Positions 7,014-16,166 of a stretch of DNA of 32,000 bases are shown piece after piece (positions within the stretch are counted from its first letter, which is position 1; every line of letters starts with the position of its first letter). Both the position numbers and the translations under genes were made by a program. The stretch spans positions 1,110,001 through 1,142,000 of the forward strand of contig NC_010085.1 in the NCBI RefSeq assembly GCF_000018465.1. Reading direction: 5' to 3'. The notes under the pieces were generated by a model. That model saw only the letters and a program-made list of their open reading frames with translations, had not been told where the DNA came from and ran no database searches. The stretch is from Nitrosopumilus maritimus SCM1. Lineage in GTDB: Archaea > Thermoproteota > Nitrososphaeria > Nitrososphaerales > Nitrosopumilaceae.

Positions 7014-8508
7014 GGCTGATTACTTTCAACAGGTTTTCTCGCAGTCGTTTTATGTCATAGGATATGGAATGTTTGTCAAATTCAGTTCCCTTTATTCCAA
7101 CATATATCTTGTCAAGGAGGGTTATGATTTGACCAATACTGGCAATGGGATCAAACTTTCCGTTGACAAGATCAAAGAGAGGTTTGAGAGATTCTAACTT
7201 TCCCAAAGTATGCTCTATTTTGTGTGAATGTTTCAGATGAGTTTCAAATGTATGAATTAATTCTTGCAGATATTCTTCATGTTGTTTTTGAATATGGTCA
7301 GCCTGAATCTTGTTTTGTTTTACAAGTTTGTTAATCTTATCTTCAGTATGAGATACGACAGAATTTAGTTCAGATTTTGCATGTTTTGAAATATCATTTA
7401 GATTGTTTTTTGCAAACTCTGTACCGTTTGAAATTTCTAATTTTATTTCATCATTGTGAGATTCAAGCCATAATTTTTTCTTCTCCAAAGACTCATTTTC
7501 TTTTTTGAGTTTAGAGTTAACAGAGTTGAGTTTCCTGAAGAGTTTTTTTGCATTTCCTGCCTTTTCCAGTTCTTCGAGAAATTCCTTAGGAGCCATCTCA
7601 AAACTATCAAAAATTTTCTGCCAAGAAATCAAGTCTTGTTCCAAAACGCCACTTTTCGTCAAATTTTCTACTGAGGAAATAGATTCAGCCATAGATTTGT
7701 GCCTAAGAAGTAGATTTTCGTGCTTAAGAGACAATTCCTTATACTTTTTTTCCAGATTTCCAGTCTTTTTCTCAACTTCATCTAGCTTTGACTGTTTCTC
7801 ATTCAATCTCAAATCGACTGATTCATCCTTACTCAGATAAGAAATGATCTTGGCAATATCATACTCTTGAGATTTTACATTCTGCAACACATTACATACA
7901 GAATCTGCATCAGACAAATCAAATCCAGATTTTTCTAGAAATTCTAAGGTTTGTGTTATTTTTTCAACCTGCTGTTCAGTAAGTTTGTTTTTCTTTAGTA
8001 ATGCAGACAGATTGTTTTGTGATTGTTTGTGTTGATCGGAGAGTTTGTCAATTGATAATTCCAATTCATTTTTGGTTTTTACTAGTTCTGTACAATGGTT
8101 TTCAATTTCATGTAACGGTACATCAGATTTTGATTGAATTTTAGAAATAGTATTGCATAATCCTACAAGATGTTCTGGAGAAAGTTCATTTTGTTTTGCC
8201 ATAGACAACACAGATTCTACAAACGAATGGATTTGTTTTGGATCAAGGTTGTGTTTTAAAAGTATTGAAAATACGACATGCCCATAAAATGCATCCTTTG
8301 GTTGCATTCCATTTTTTCTAATAATTTTAAAAAAGTCATGTATTGCATCAATTGTTTTTCTTTCAATCTTTGATGTAAAATCATTGATGTATTCAGATAT
8401 GGAACCAGTACTAACGCCAGTACTATCATGAATCTCTCGGACAGATTCACCCAAGAGGTATTTTTCAACTATATCATTACGGGTTTCATCAGAATATGGC
8501 TTTCTCAT
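7006..8508 (-). CDS. HTH-domain protein with a long coiled-coil region (500 aa), function unknown
   Basis: The N-terminus YSDETRNDIVEKYLLGESVREIHDSTGVSTGSISEYIN resembles a resolvase/transposase-type HTH. Residues ~130-440 are heptad-like and K/E/L/N-rich. An ATGA-type 4-nt overlap joins it to the upstream small gene. Confidence 0.75.
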   Translation of the reverse strand: MRKPYSDETRNDIVEKYLLGESVREIHDSTGVSTGSISEYINDFTSKIERKTIDAIHDFFKIIRKNGMQPKDAFYGHVVFSILLKHNLDPKQIHSFVESVLSMAKQNELSPEHLVGLCNTISKIQSKSDVPLHEIENHCTELVKTKNELELSIDKLSDQHKQSQNNLSALLKKNKLTEQQVEKITQTLEFLEKSGFDLSDADSVCNVLQNVKSQEYDIAKIISYLSKDESVDLRLNEKQSKLDEVEKKTGNLEKKYKELSLKHENLLLRHKSMAESISSVENLTKSGVLEQDLISWQKIFDSFEMAPKEFLEELEKAGNAKKLFRKLNSVNSKLKKENESLEKKKLWLESHNDEIKLEISNGTEFAKNNLNDISKHAKSELNSVVSHTEDKINKLVKQNKIQADHIQKQHEEYLQELIHTFETHLKHSHKIEHTLGKLESLKPLFDLVNGKFDPIASIGQIITLLDKIYVGIKGTEFDKHSISYDIKRLRENLLKVISHE

Positions 8509-8792
8509 AGGACAAATCCCCCACGTTCATTATCCTGTTCATTTTGTATAGTATGTTCATTGAAATTTTCAGAAAAGCCAGATGATTCATCAGAAATTCC
8601 AGATTGTTCATTTTGAAAATTTTTTTTATTATTTTCTATAATCTGCCTTCTAATGATGTATTTTGAAAAGCATTCTTTTTTGATACATACTGAACATACA
8701 TGATAGTCCTTTTCTGAACCAGATACGGAATAAGTGACAAGATAATCAGGTGTTTTTGAACAGCACTGAAGTTTTTGAACCATACATACCAT
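8505..8792 (-). CDS. Small Cys-rich, putative zinc-binding protein with an acidic/polar tail
   Basis: The track ORF starts at TTG 8816. I prefer ATG 8792 (MVCMVQKLQCCSKTPDYLV..HVCSVCIKKE) because a TATATTTA element on the minus strand (8826-8833) lies ~35 nt upstream of it. CC..CxxC cysteines are present. Confidence 0.55.
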   Translation of the reverse strand: MVCMVQKLQCCSKTPDYLVTYSVSGSEKDYHVCSVCIKKECFSKYIIRRQIIENNKKNFQNEQSGISDESSGFSENFNEHTIQNEQDNERGGFVL

Positions 8793-8836
8793 AAGGAACA
8801 GAAGGTTTATAGACAAACTGTGAACTAAATATAGGT

Positions 8837-9916
8837 ATGATTTCTACAGATAATTTAATTTCTGAACTAAATATAGTAAAAAGATCTTCTAGAAAAACCT
8901 TGCTTCCAAAAGAAGAGGACATAGTTGAAGAGGCAATACTAAACACATTATCCAGAGAAGGCACATTATCATTAACAAAACTAGTGAAAACCATAGAAAA
9001 CTATGGAGACTGGGAGGCCAAACGAAATTCAATCAAAAGAAGAATTGACGGACAAGAAAAATATCTGAGCTTACTTGATTATGAATTCATAAAAGAGAGA
9101 AAACCTGAAAAAAGAAGACCAGGTAAATATGGCAAAGAGTATTGTCTAACAACAAAAGGATTTTTGGCATCACTTGCAACAAAACACATATCATTTGATA
9201 GAACATACCTGTTCAAAAAATACATTACATTTCTTGATAACTACTTGGATGATAAAATAAAAAATGTTGGAGAAGAAGCTGGTTTTGATTCTACATTAGA
9301 TATTGAGACAAAAAACATGTTACTTGATGTTATTACTAATTACATAAAGAGTCAGATAACAGTTTTCTTGATTTGGCATGAGGCAAATGAAACATCAATT
9401 AGAATGAGAAAAAGTATGAAAGAGTATATTGAAGATTTCATCTTAACACATAGTGAATACATTCATCAAGAATTTCCGATGATGCTTGATAAAAAACGAG
9501 AAGAAGAATATCGTCAGGCATTAAGGAAATACTTTGAATATTCCAAAATACTACACTCGTTAATGGAATCACCAGTAGAAGACATACATTCAAAAAAAAT
9601 CAACATTAAATTAAATATGATCAGTTCATTTGTATTCAAATGGCATTTGTATTTTGATGAATTACAAATGAAAAATCCTATTGGTAATGATTATGACATT
9701 TGGAATACACATGCAGGGGTTTTATCGCGTCCAGAATATGGAATTGACATAGAATACGAAGGAACATTTGGACATAAAAGAAAAATTCAGCCAGATCTTA
9801 AATCAGAAACAGAAAAGAAAATACAACAAATTCTAAAAAAGAAAATTCCAATTACGGATATTTGGAGAAAACGAATGAGGAGAGAAGAGATAGGTAATGA
9901 CTGGCTTTATGCATGA
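8837..9916 (+). CDS. Hypothetical protein (359 aa), possible N-terminal winged helix
   Basis: Long ORF with an ATG start. The N-terminal segment EEAILNTLSREGTLSLTKLVKTIENYG is wHTH-like. I recognise no catalytic motif. The 3' end overlaps the integrase 3' end by 10 nt in convergent orientation. Confidence 0.7.
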   Translation: MISTDNLISELNIVKRSSRKTLLPKEEDIVEEAILNTLSREGTLSLTKLVKTIENYGDWEAKRNSIKRRIDGQEKYLSLLDYEFIKERKPEKRRPGKYGKEYCLTTKGFLASLATKHISFDRTYLFKKYITFLDNYLDDKIKNVGEEAGFDSTLDIETKNMLLDVITNYIKSQITVFLIWHEANETSIRMRKSMKEYIEDFILTHSEYIHQEFPMMLDKKREEEYRQALRKYFEYSKILHSLMESPVEDIHSKKINIKLNMISSFVFKWHLYFDELQMKNPIGNDYDIWNTHAGVLSRPEYGIDIEYEGTFGHKRKIQPDLKSETEKKIQQILKKKIPITDIWRKRMRREEIGNDWLYA

Positions 9917-10962
9917 TTTAGTTGCACATGCTCCATTCTGAGCTTGTCCTGCCACAACTCGTCTACCTTGGTTCTATAGTGCTCAAGTTCTGACTTTTCT
10001 CGCTCTAGTTGCTTGATTTTGAGCCTCTGGCGCTCTGAATCATCAATCATCAGTTCCACTATTGCCTTGCGAAACTCTGCAAAGCACTGTTCGCGCGTTG
10101 GCTTTAGGTACACGCCATCAAGTCCGTTCTTGTGTCCAAGTAGTTTTTCTGCAACATTAGAGTTTACGCTGTTTTTGAGTTTGAGTATGGTATTGAATCG
10201 CTTTCTAAAGCCATGATCCATCTGAGTATCAAAGTGATGATTTACTTTGGTTCGCTCCAATCCTGCGTTGTTAATCACCCTATACATGACAGAAATCACT
10301 CCGCTTCTCTGCATCGGAAGTACTTTTTTTCCGCGAGAATAGTCTCGTCGGAATACTGGAGAATTATCAGTGAGTTCCTCACCCTTTTGTCTTCGTTCCT
10401 CATGGTATTCATCTAGTGCCTGTGTTGCCTCTGGAGTCAGAAACGCCCAGTATTCCTCGTTGTCATTAGGATACAACAGTACGGCCTTGCATCCTTCTGG
10501 CATGTCATGAATGTACTTTAGAGTAAAGTTGCCATCAATTACTCCGATTCTTGCACCAGTTGATGCCAAGAAATGAATTATTGCACGATTCCTCTTTGAA
10601 GTAGTTGCTGCAAGCATCTTTTGGATTTTCTCTGTAGTCCAAGGCTTGAATCCGGCAGACTTTATCTTTGGAGGATACATCTTGCGGATAATATCCCAGT
10701 AGAGTGGAATCCTGTTCATTACAAAAAAGTGCCTTACACCAAGAAATAGAATTGGAATGGAATTTGGATGTCTGTTCTCTTTAAGATGGATTAGATAGTC
10801 TTCAACTAGTGTCTGGATTTCCTCAACTGGCTTTGCAATCAATCCATCAAAGGAATCAAACTCTGCAAAGTTTCTAAAGTTTTTTAGGTGGTCGCGGTAA
10901 TTGTTTAGCGTCTGACGAGATTTTATTCCCTGCTCAAATCGTAGAATTGACCTTTCTTTCAT
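9907..10962 (-). CDS. Tyrosine recombinase/integrase (XerC/D-like, apparently intact) with a C-terminal coiled-coil tail
   Basis: 351 aa. The catalytic signature is in the expected order: STGARIG (Arg), HGFRKRF (His-x-x-Arg), LLGHKNG (His), DGVYLKP (Tyr). The N-terminus has a SAM-like core-binding region. The tail ERQRLKIKQLEREKSELEHYRTKVDELW looks like coiled coil. Confidence 0.88.
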   Translation of the reverse strand: MKERSILRFEQGIKSRQTLNNYRDHLKNFRNFAEFDSFDGLIAKPVEEIQTLVEDYLIHLKENRHPNSIPILFLGVRHFFVMNRIPLYWDIIRKMYPPKIKSAGFKPWTTEKIQKMLAATTSKRNRAIIHFLASTGARIGVIDGNFTLKYIHDMPEGCKAVLLYPNDNEEYWAFLTPEATQALDEYHEERRQKGEELTDNSPVFRRDYSRGKKVLPMQRSGVISVMYRVINNAGLERTKVNHHFDTQMDHGFRKRFNTILKLKNSVNSNVAEKLLGHKNGLDGVYLKPTREQCFAEFRKAIVELMIDDSERQRLKIKQLEREKSELEHYRTKVDELWQDKLRMEHVQLNHA

Positions 10963-11004
10963 GATTAGTATAGGAATGAATCAACTATATCCCCTTCGTG
11001 CACT

Positions 11005-11027
11005 AAATAATTGAATTAAATAATTGA
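11005..11027 (+). repeat. Tandem direct repeat AAATAATTGA-att-AAATAATTGA in the island/core junction and ggr promoter region
   Basis: Exact 10-mer at 11005-11014 and again at 11018-11027, lying 17-39 nt upstream of the GTG start at 11044. Confidence 0.9.
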
Positions 11028-11043
11028 CAAAGAAACAAAAACT

Positions 11044-12180
11044 GTGTACTACGATGTAGTTGTTGCAGGGGGTAGTGTTGCAGGATTACTTTGTGCAAGA
11101 GAGATTGCTGCAGATGGTTTTTCAGTATTAGTTATAGAAGAAGATTATGAAATAGGCACACCAGAACATTGCGGTGGTTTAGTTAGTATTTCAGGACTAC
11201 AAGAGTTAGGAGTAATTCCATTTAGAAAGACATTTGATCATATGATAGAATCAGCTGAAATAACTGCTCCTAACGGAAAAAGTTTTTCGATAAACTCAAA
11301 AAATCAAAAGGTCATAGAAATTAGTAGAAGAGAACTGGACAAACAAATTGCTTTTCAAGCCCAAAAAAATGGAGCTACAATCAAAGTCAGAACTAGTTTT
11401 CAAGAGATGACCAATACGGGAGTTAGAACAAATGAAGAAAATATAGATTGTAAAATTTTTGTTGATGCAAGAGGAGTATCATCTTTAATTCATAAAGACA
11501 GAACAGGGATTTTATCATCTGCACAATACGAAATCTATGCAGACTGGATAAAAAAAGGAAAAGTAGAAGTGATCTTTGATCAAGACAAATATCCAGGTTT
11601 CTTTGCATGGATAATTCCATCAAATGAAGGGAAGGGAAAGATTGGTGTTGCAGGAAAAGGCATCAATGTTTCAGAAACAATGGACAAAATTCTTGCAGAG
11701 AAAGGCAAGCATTCTACAATAAGAAAGATTTTTGCGCCAATTTGGGTAAAAGGACCAATTGAAAAATTTGTAGAAGGAAATACCGTAATTGTAGGAGATG
11801 CTGCAGGACAAGCAAAACCAACTACTGCAGGAGGTATTTTTACTAGCGGTATGGGAGGAGTTTATGCAGGACAAGCAATATCAGAATTTCTAAAAACAGA
11901 TGAAAAATCAAAACTAGAAGTATATCAAACTAGATGGACAGATAGATTTGGGAAAGAGTTTGAAAAACAAATTTTTGCAAGAAAAATTTTAGAAAGACTA
12001 GACAATAACACAATCAACAAATTATTTGAATCAATAACACCTGAAATCCTAAAAGATATTTCAGAAAAAGATGATTTTGATTTTCATACAGGTTCAATTG
12101 TAAAACTATTAGGATTAAAGGGATCAATCAAAACAGCTCAAACACTAATCGGTGGAGAATTCAAAAAACTACTTCGATAA
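11044..12180 (+). CDS. Geranylgeranyl reductase family FAD-dependent oxidoreductase (archaeal lipid saturation)
   Basis: 378 aa with a GTG start. N-terminal dinucleotide-binding motif YDVVVAGGSVAG, then EHCGG, then VGDAAGQAKPTTAGGI, typical of the GGR family. Confidence 0.88.
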   Translation: MYYDVVVAGGSVAGLLCAREIAADGFSVLVIEEDYEIGTPEHCGGLVSISGLQELGVIPFRKTFDHMIESAEITAPNGKSFSINSKNQKVIEISRRELDKQIAFQAQKNGATIKVRTSFQEMTNTGVRTNEENIDCKIFVDARGVSSLIHKDRTGILSSAQYEIYADWIKKGKVEVIFDQDKYPGFFAWIIPSNEGKGKIGVAGKGINVSETMDKILAEKGKHSTIRKIFAPIWVKGPIEKFVEGNTVIVGDAAGQAKPTTAGGIFTSGMGGVYAGQAISEFLKTDEKSKLEVYQTRWTDRFGKEFEKQIFARKILERLDNNTINKLFESITPEILKDISEKDDFDFHTGSIVKLLGLKGSIKTAQTLIGGEFKKLLR

Positions 12181-12210
12181 AAACACGCCTAAATTTCAAG
12201 GAAGGTATAA

Positions 12211-12703
<493 letters not shown>

Positions 12704-12711
12704 GTGATTTT

Positions 12712-14880
12712 TTGGTGCGCAAAGAAGAACCTTTGCAGATGCGAATTGGAGAAGCAAAACAACGAGACGTAGGTAAAAAACGAGCTCGAATTGGTCCTGA
12801 AGCAATGGACTTTCTAAAAGTGACTCCAGGAGACATAGTTGAAGTTATGGGCTCAAGAACTAGTTGTGCAGTAATTTGGCCAGTAGACGAAGACGAAAAG
12901 TTCCCAGACATCATAAGAGTTGACGGTCAAACAAGAAAAAACGTTGGTGCGTCACTAAATGACATTGTGAAGATTAGAAAAGTAACATCAAAGATTGCAA
13001 AATCTGTTTCTTTAACTCCAGTTAATGATTCAGTCACAGTTGATAAAGAATTCACAGATTTTGTAAAAAATAGACTAAAAGGATTGCCAATTACACATGG
13101 TGATGAAATTTCAGTAATGATTCTAGGAAATTCAATGGACTTTAAAATTACAAAGACAACACCAAAAGGAGTAGTAAAGATTGACCGTTCCACTACACTT
13201 AACATTTCAACTGAAACTGCAGTAGATAGAAAAGTCAGAGTGACATATGAAGAAGTTGGAGGTTTAGGAGAAAAAGTCAAAGCAATGAGAGAGATTGTAG
13301 AACTTCCACTAAGACATCCAGAGTTATTCTCCAGATTAGGAATTGAACCACATAGTGGAATTTTACTTTATGGACCACCAGGATGTGGAAAGACTTTGCT
13401 TGCAAAAGTTATGGCAAGTGAATCAGAAGCTAACATGTTCCCAATTAATGGTCCAGAAATAATGAACAAGTATTATGGTGAAACAGAAGCAAAGTTAAGA
13501 GACATTTTCAAAGAAGCAAAAGACAATTCTCCAAGTATAATCTTTATTGACGAAATAGATGCTATCGCACCAAAAAGAGAAGAGGCTTACGGAGATGTTG
13601 AGAAAAGAGTTGTTGCACAACTTTTGGCTTTAATGGATGGTCTTAATGATAGAGGAAATGTAATTGTTCTTGGAGCTACAAATAGACCAGATAGTGTTGA
13701 TCCTGCACTTAGAAGACCAGGTAGATTCGACAGAGAGTTTGAGATTTCAGTTCCAAATGAGGATGGAAGAATAGAGATTCTTCAAATTCATACAAGAGGC
13801 ATGCCAATTGATGAGGATATTGATCTAAAAGACTTAGCATCAGAATTACACGGATACACTGGTGCAGATATCAAATCATTATGTAGAGAAGCTGCAATGA
13901 AATCAATTAGAAGATATCTACCAGAAATAGATCTTGAAACAGAAAAAATTCCTTCTGAAGTACTACAATCAATGAAGATCAAACTAATCGACTTTTACGA
14001 TGCAATGCACGAGGTTGTACCTACTGCAATGAGAGAGGTCTATGTAGAACGACCCAAAGTTTGGTGGCAAGATGTAGGAGGATTAGATGAAATTAAAAAA
14101 TCATTGACAGACAATCTGATTTTAGCAATGAATGAACCAGGTAAATTTACCAAAATGGGAATTAAACCTCCAAAGGGCGCATTAATTTATGGACCTCCAG
14201 GGTGTGGAAAAACTTTGCTTGGAAGAGCACTAGCAACAGAAACAGGTGCAAATATGATTTTAGTCAGAGGGCCCGAAATTCTCTCAAAATGGGTAGGAGA
14301 GTCTGAAAAAGCTGTTAGAGAAATTTTCAGAAAAGCAAAAGCATCATCTCCATGCGTAGTTATTTTTGATGAATTGGATTCACTAGCACGTAGTAAATCA
14401 GGTGAAGGAGGAGTTGGTGAAAACATTCTCAGTCAATTATTAACAGAGATTGAAGATGGAGTTTCTTCACGAGTGGTAGTAATAGGAATTACAAACAGAC
14501 CAGATGTTGTAGACAATTCATTGCTTAGAACAGGAAGATTAGATTTAGTCTTGTATGTTGAACCTCCAGATGAAAAAGGACGATTAGAAATTATCAAAAT
14601 TTTGACTAAGAAAATGCCATTAACCAGTGATGTGAAATTGCAAGAAATTGCCGTAGCAACTCAAAACTATACAGGGGCAGATTTAGCTGCATTATGTAGA
14701 GAAGCAGCAGTACAAGCTATGCAAAATAATGCCACAAAGATATCCAGTCAAGACTTTGCAAACAGTTTGAAACATGTTAGACCTTCAATTACAAAAGAAG
14801 TGGATCAATGGTACAAATCAGTTAAGGAAAGTATATCTAACGTGGTACCAAAAACAGGAGATAAAACATTCTACGGATAA
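12712..14880 (+). CDS. cdc48: CDC48/VCP-type AAA+ ATPase (two AAA domains)
   Basis: 722 aa. The N-domain ([18 protein letters not shown]) is followed by two Walker A motifs GPPGCGKT and Walker B motifs IIFIDEID and VVIFDELD. The start is uncertain: TTG 12712, GTG 12715 or ATG 12739. Confidence 0.95.
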   Translation: MVRKEEPLQMRIGEAKQRDVGKKRARIGPEAMDFLKVTPGDIVEVMGSRTSCAVIWPVDEDEKFPDIIRVDGQTRKNVGASLNDIVKIRKVTSKIAKSVSLTPVNDSVTVDKEFTDFVKNRLKGLPITHGDEISVMILGNSMDFKITKTTPKGVVKIDRSTTLNISTETAVDRKVRVTYEEVGGLGEKVKAMREIVELPLRHPELFSRLGIEPHSGILLYGPPGCGKTLLAKVMASESEANMFPINGPEIMNKYYGETEAKLRDIFKEAKDNSPSIIFIDEIDAIAPKREEAYGDVEKRVVAQLLALMDGLNDRGNVIVLGATNRPDSVDPALRRPGRFDREFEISVPNEDGRIEILQIHTRGMPIDEDIDLKDLASELHGYTGADIKSLCREAAMKSIRRYLPEIDLETEKIPSEVLQSMKIKLIDFYDAMHEVVPTAMREVYVERPKVWWQDVGGLDEIKKSLTDNLILAMNEPGKFTKMGIKPPKGALIYGPPGCGKTLLGRALATETGANMILVRGPEILSKWVGESEKAVREIFRKAKASSPCVVIFDELDSLARSKSGEGGVGENILSQLLTEIEDGVSSRVVVIGITNRPDVVDNSLLRTGRLDLVLYVEPPDEKGRLEIIKILTKKMPLTSDVKLQEIAVATQNYTGADLAALCREAAVQAMQNNATKISSQDFANSLKHVRPSITKEVDQWYKSVKESISNVVPKTGDKTFYG

Positions 14881-14882
14881 AA

Positions 14883-15179
14883 ATGGCAGTTCCAATAAGA
14901 AATACAGTATTTGACAAAATTAGAGATGCAGGTTCATTAACGGATGTTGATCTTTACAAAATTTTGACAAAAGAAGGATTTACCATGGCAGAAGCCAAAT
15001 TCAACAAAATACTTTTGGATTTAGAGATTCTTGGACTCATCAAAGTGTCTTGGATTACAAAAGATGAGAGAAGAATAGAGGTTTTCGTAGAAAAAGAAGA
15101 AGTGGACGAAGTAGATGAACAAAACAAGGAAATGATGGAAAAAGACTACGAAGCAAGTTTCCCAGGTTTTGAAAAATAA
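14883..15179 (+). CDS. Hypothetical small protein (98 aa), wHTH-like with an acidic tail
   Basis: The ORF starts 2 nt after the cdc48 stop. The segment LLDLEILGLIKVSWITKDERRIEVF resembles a winged-helix wing. No firm family assignment. Confidence 0.6.
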   Translation: MAVPIRNTVFDKIRDAGSLTDVDLYKILTKEGFTMAEAKFNKILLDLEILGLIKVSWITKDERRIEVFVEKEEVDEVDEQNKEMMEKDYEASFPGFEK

Positions 15180-15182
15180 TTC

Positions 15183-16076
15183 CTAGAACAACGGAATATG
15201 AAATGCTGCATCTAATGCTACTGCAACAAAAATTATTGTAAGATAAGGCGCAGTAACTTTGTATGCCTTCCAAGCAAATTCAGATGTAGGAGTCTTTGTT
15301 AGTTTGTAATGATATGCCAACATTAATCCACCTGACACTGCTGCAATTATGGTATACACAACTCCCATTCCGTCAGGGATGAAAGACAGTATCAAAGAAT
15401 AAGGAAGAAGAATTATTGTATTTCCTAAAATATACTTTGAAGTTTTTTGCATTCCAATTACAACAGGCAACATTGGAACTTCAGCTTGTGCATATTCATC
15501 TTTGATTTTCATTGCAAGACACCAAAAGTGTGATGGAGTCCAAACAAAAACTAAGAATCCAACTAAGAATCCTAAAAGATCCATGCTTCCAGTAGCTGCG
15601 GACCAACCAGCCCATGCAGCTGCACTACCTGCAATACCACCAATCACAATGTTTGAGGTGTTTAGTCGTTTAAGCCAAGCAGTATAGATTATGACATAAG
15701 AGAATATTCCAACTGCAATAAAGAATGCAGAAACTGGATTTAATGCAAAGTATCCGTAAATAACAGAAATACAACTAACTGCTAAACCATAAATCAAAAC
15801 ATGAGATGCAGCCATTCTTCCAGAAGGAATAGGTCTTTTGCTTGTTCTCTCCATTTTTGGATCAATATCTTTGTCATAATAGTGATTCAAAGCACTAGAA
15901 CCAGCTGATGCCAATGCTCCGGCTATAATGATGTGCAAATAAGCCCAATAATCAAGCTCAGGAGTACCTGGAACAAGCTTGCTTGCAGCATACATTGATG
16001 TAACTGCAGTTATCACTAGAAGAACGACTATCCTTGGTTTGGATATCTCCATTATTTCATTAAATCCCAATCTCAC
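15183..16076 (-). CDS. ctaB: Protoheme IX farnesyltransferase (heme O synthase), UbiA family
   Basis: 297-aa polytopic membrane protein. The motif NHYYDKDIDPKMERTSKRPIPSG is the CtaB/CyoE-type Asp-rich prenyltransferase motif. Confidence 0.9.
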   Translation of the reverse strand: MRLGFNEIMEISKPRIVVLLVITAVTSMYAASKLVPGTPELDYWAYLHIIIAGALASAGSSALNHYYDKDIDPKMERTSKRPIPSGRMAASHVLIYGLAVSCISVIYGYFALNPVSAFFIAVGIFSYVIIYTAWLKRLNTSNIVIGGIAGSAAAWAGWSAATGSMDLLGFLVGFLVFVWTPSHFWCLAMKIKDEYAQAEVPMLPVVIGMQKTSKYILGNTIILLPYSLILSFIPDGMGVVYTIIAAVSGGLMLAYHYKLTKTPTSEFAWKAYKVTAPYLTIIFVAVALDAAFHIPLF

Positions 16077-16166
16077 TCTATCCTAGTCCAAAGCCATTTA
16101 ATTTCTTCGTCTAGATCTGTGCCATTTCAAAAGGAATAAGTATCTCAGTCCTACCAGCTACGTTAA

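Larger units (their letters stand above)
1..10962. mobile_element. Putative integrated element or genomic island. The right end lies at the integrase; the left end is not in the window
   Basis: The integrase sits at the junction with core genes. The island has a ParA-like ATPase, ORFans, duplicates of host functions (Mre11/Rad50) and mosaic base composition. Hand counts of G+C per 60 nt: 10/60 at 3481-3540, 30/60 at 10021-10080, against 22/60 in core cdc48 at 13321-13380. Confidence 0.55.

Noticed and set aside
7012-8994. ORFs 7012-7197(+), 7505-7840(+), 8256-8468(-), 8428-8616(+) and 8746-8994(-).
   Set aside because: All overlap the longer, better-supported 500-aa, 103-aa or 359-aa genes in other frames or on the other strand. 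Their compositions are typical of antisense or off-frame artefacts.
10013-10416. Two plus-strand 67-aa ORFs antisense to the integrase.
   Set aside because: They are contained in the integrase gene, which has the full R-HxxR-H-Y signature. The GC-rich stretch reduces random stop codons.
10963-11043. A search by eye for an att direct repeat of the junction sequence elsewhere in the window, and for a tRNA target next to the integrase.
   Set aside because: I found no matching segment and no tRNA-like GC-rich cloverleaf. The left end of the island is probably outside the window, so no att call is made.
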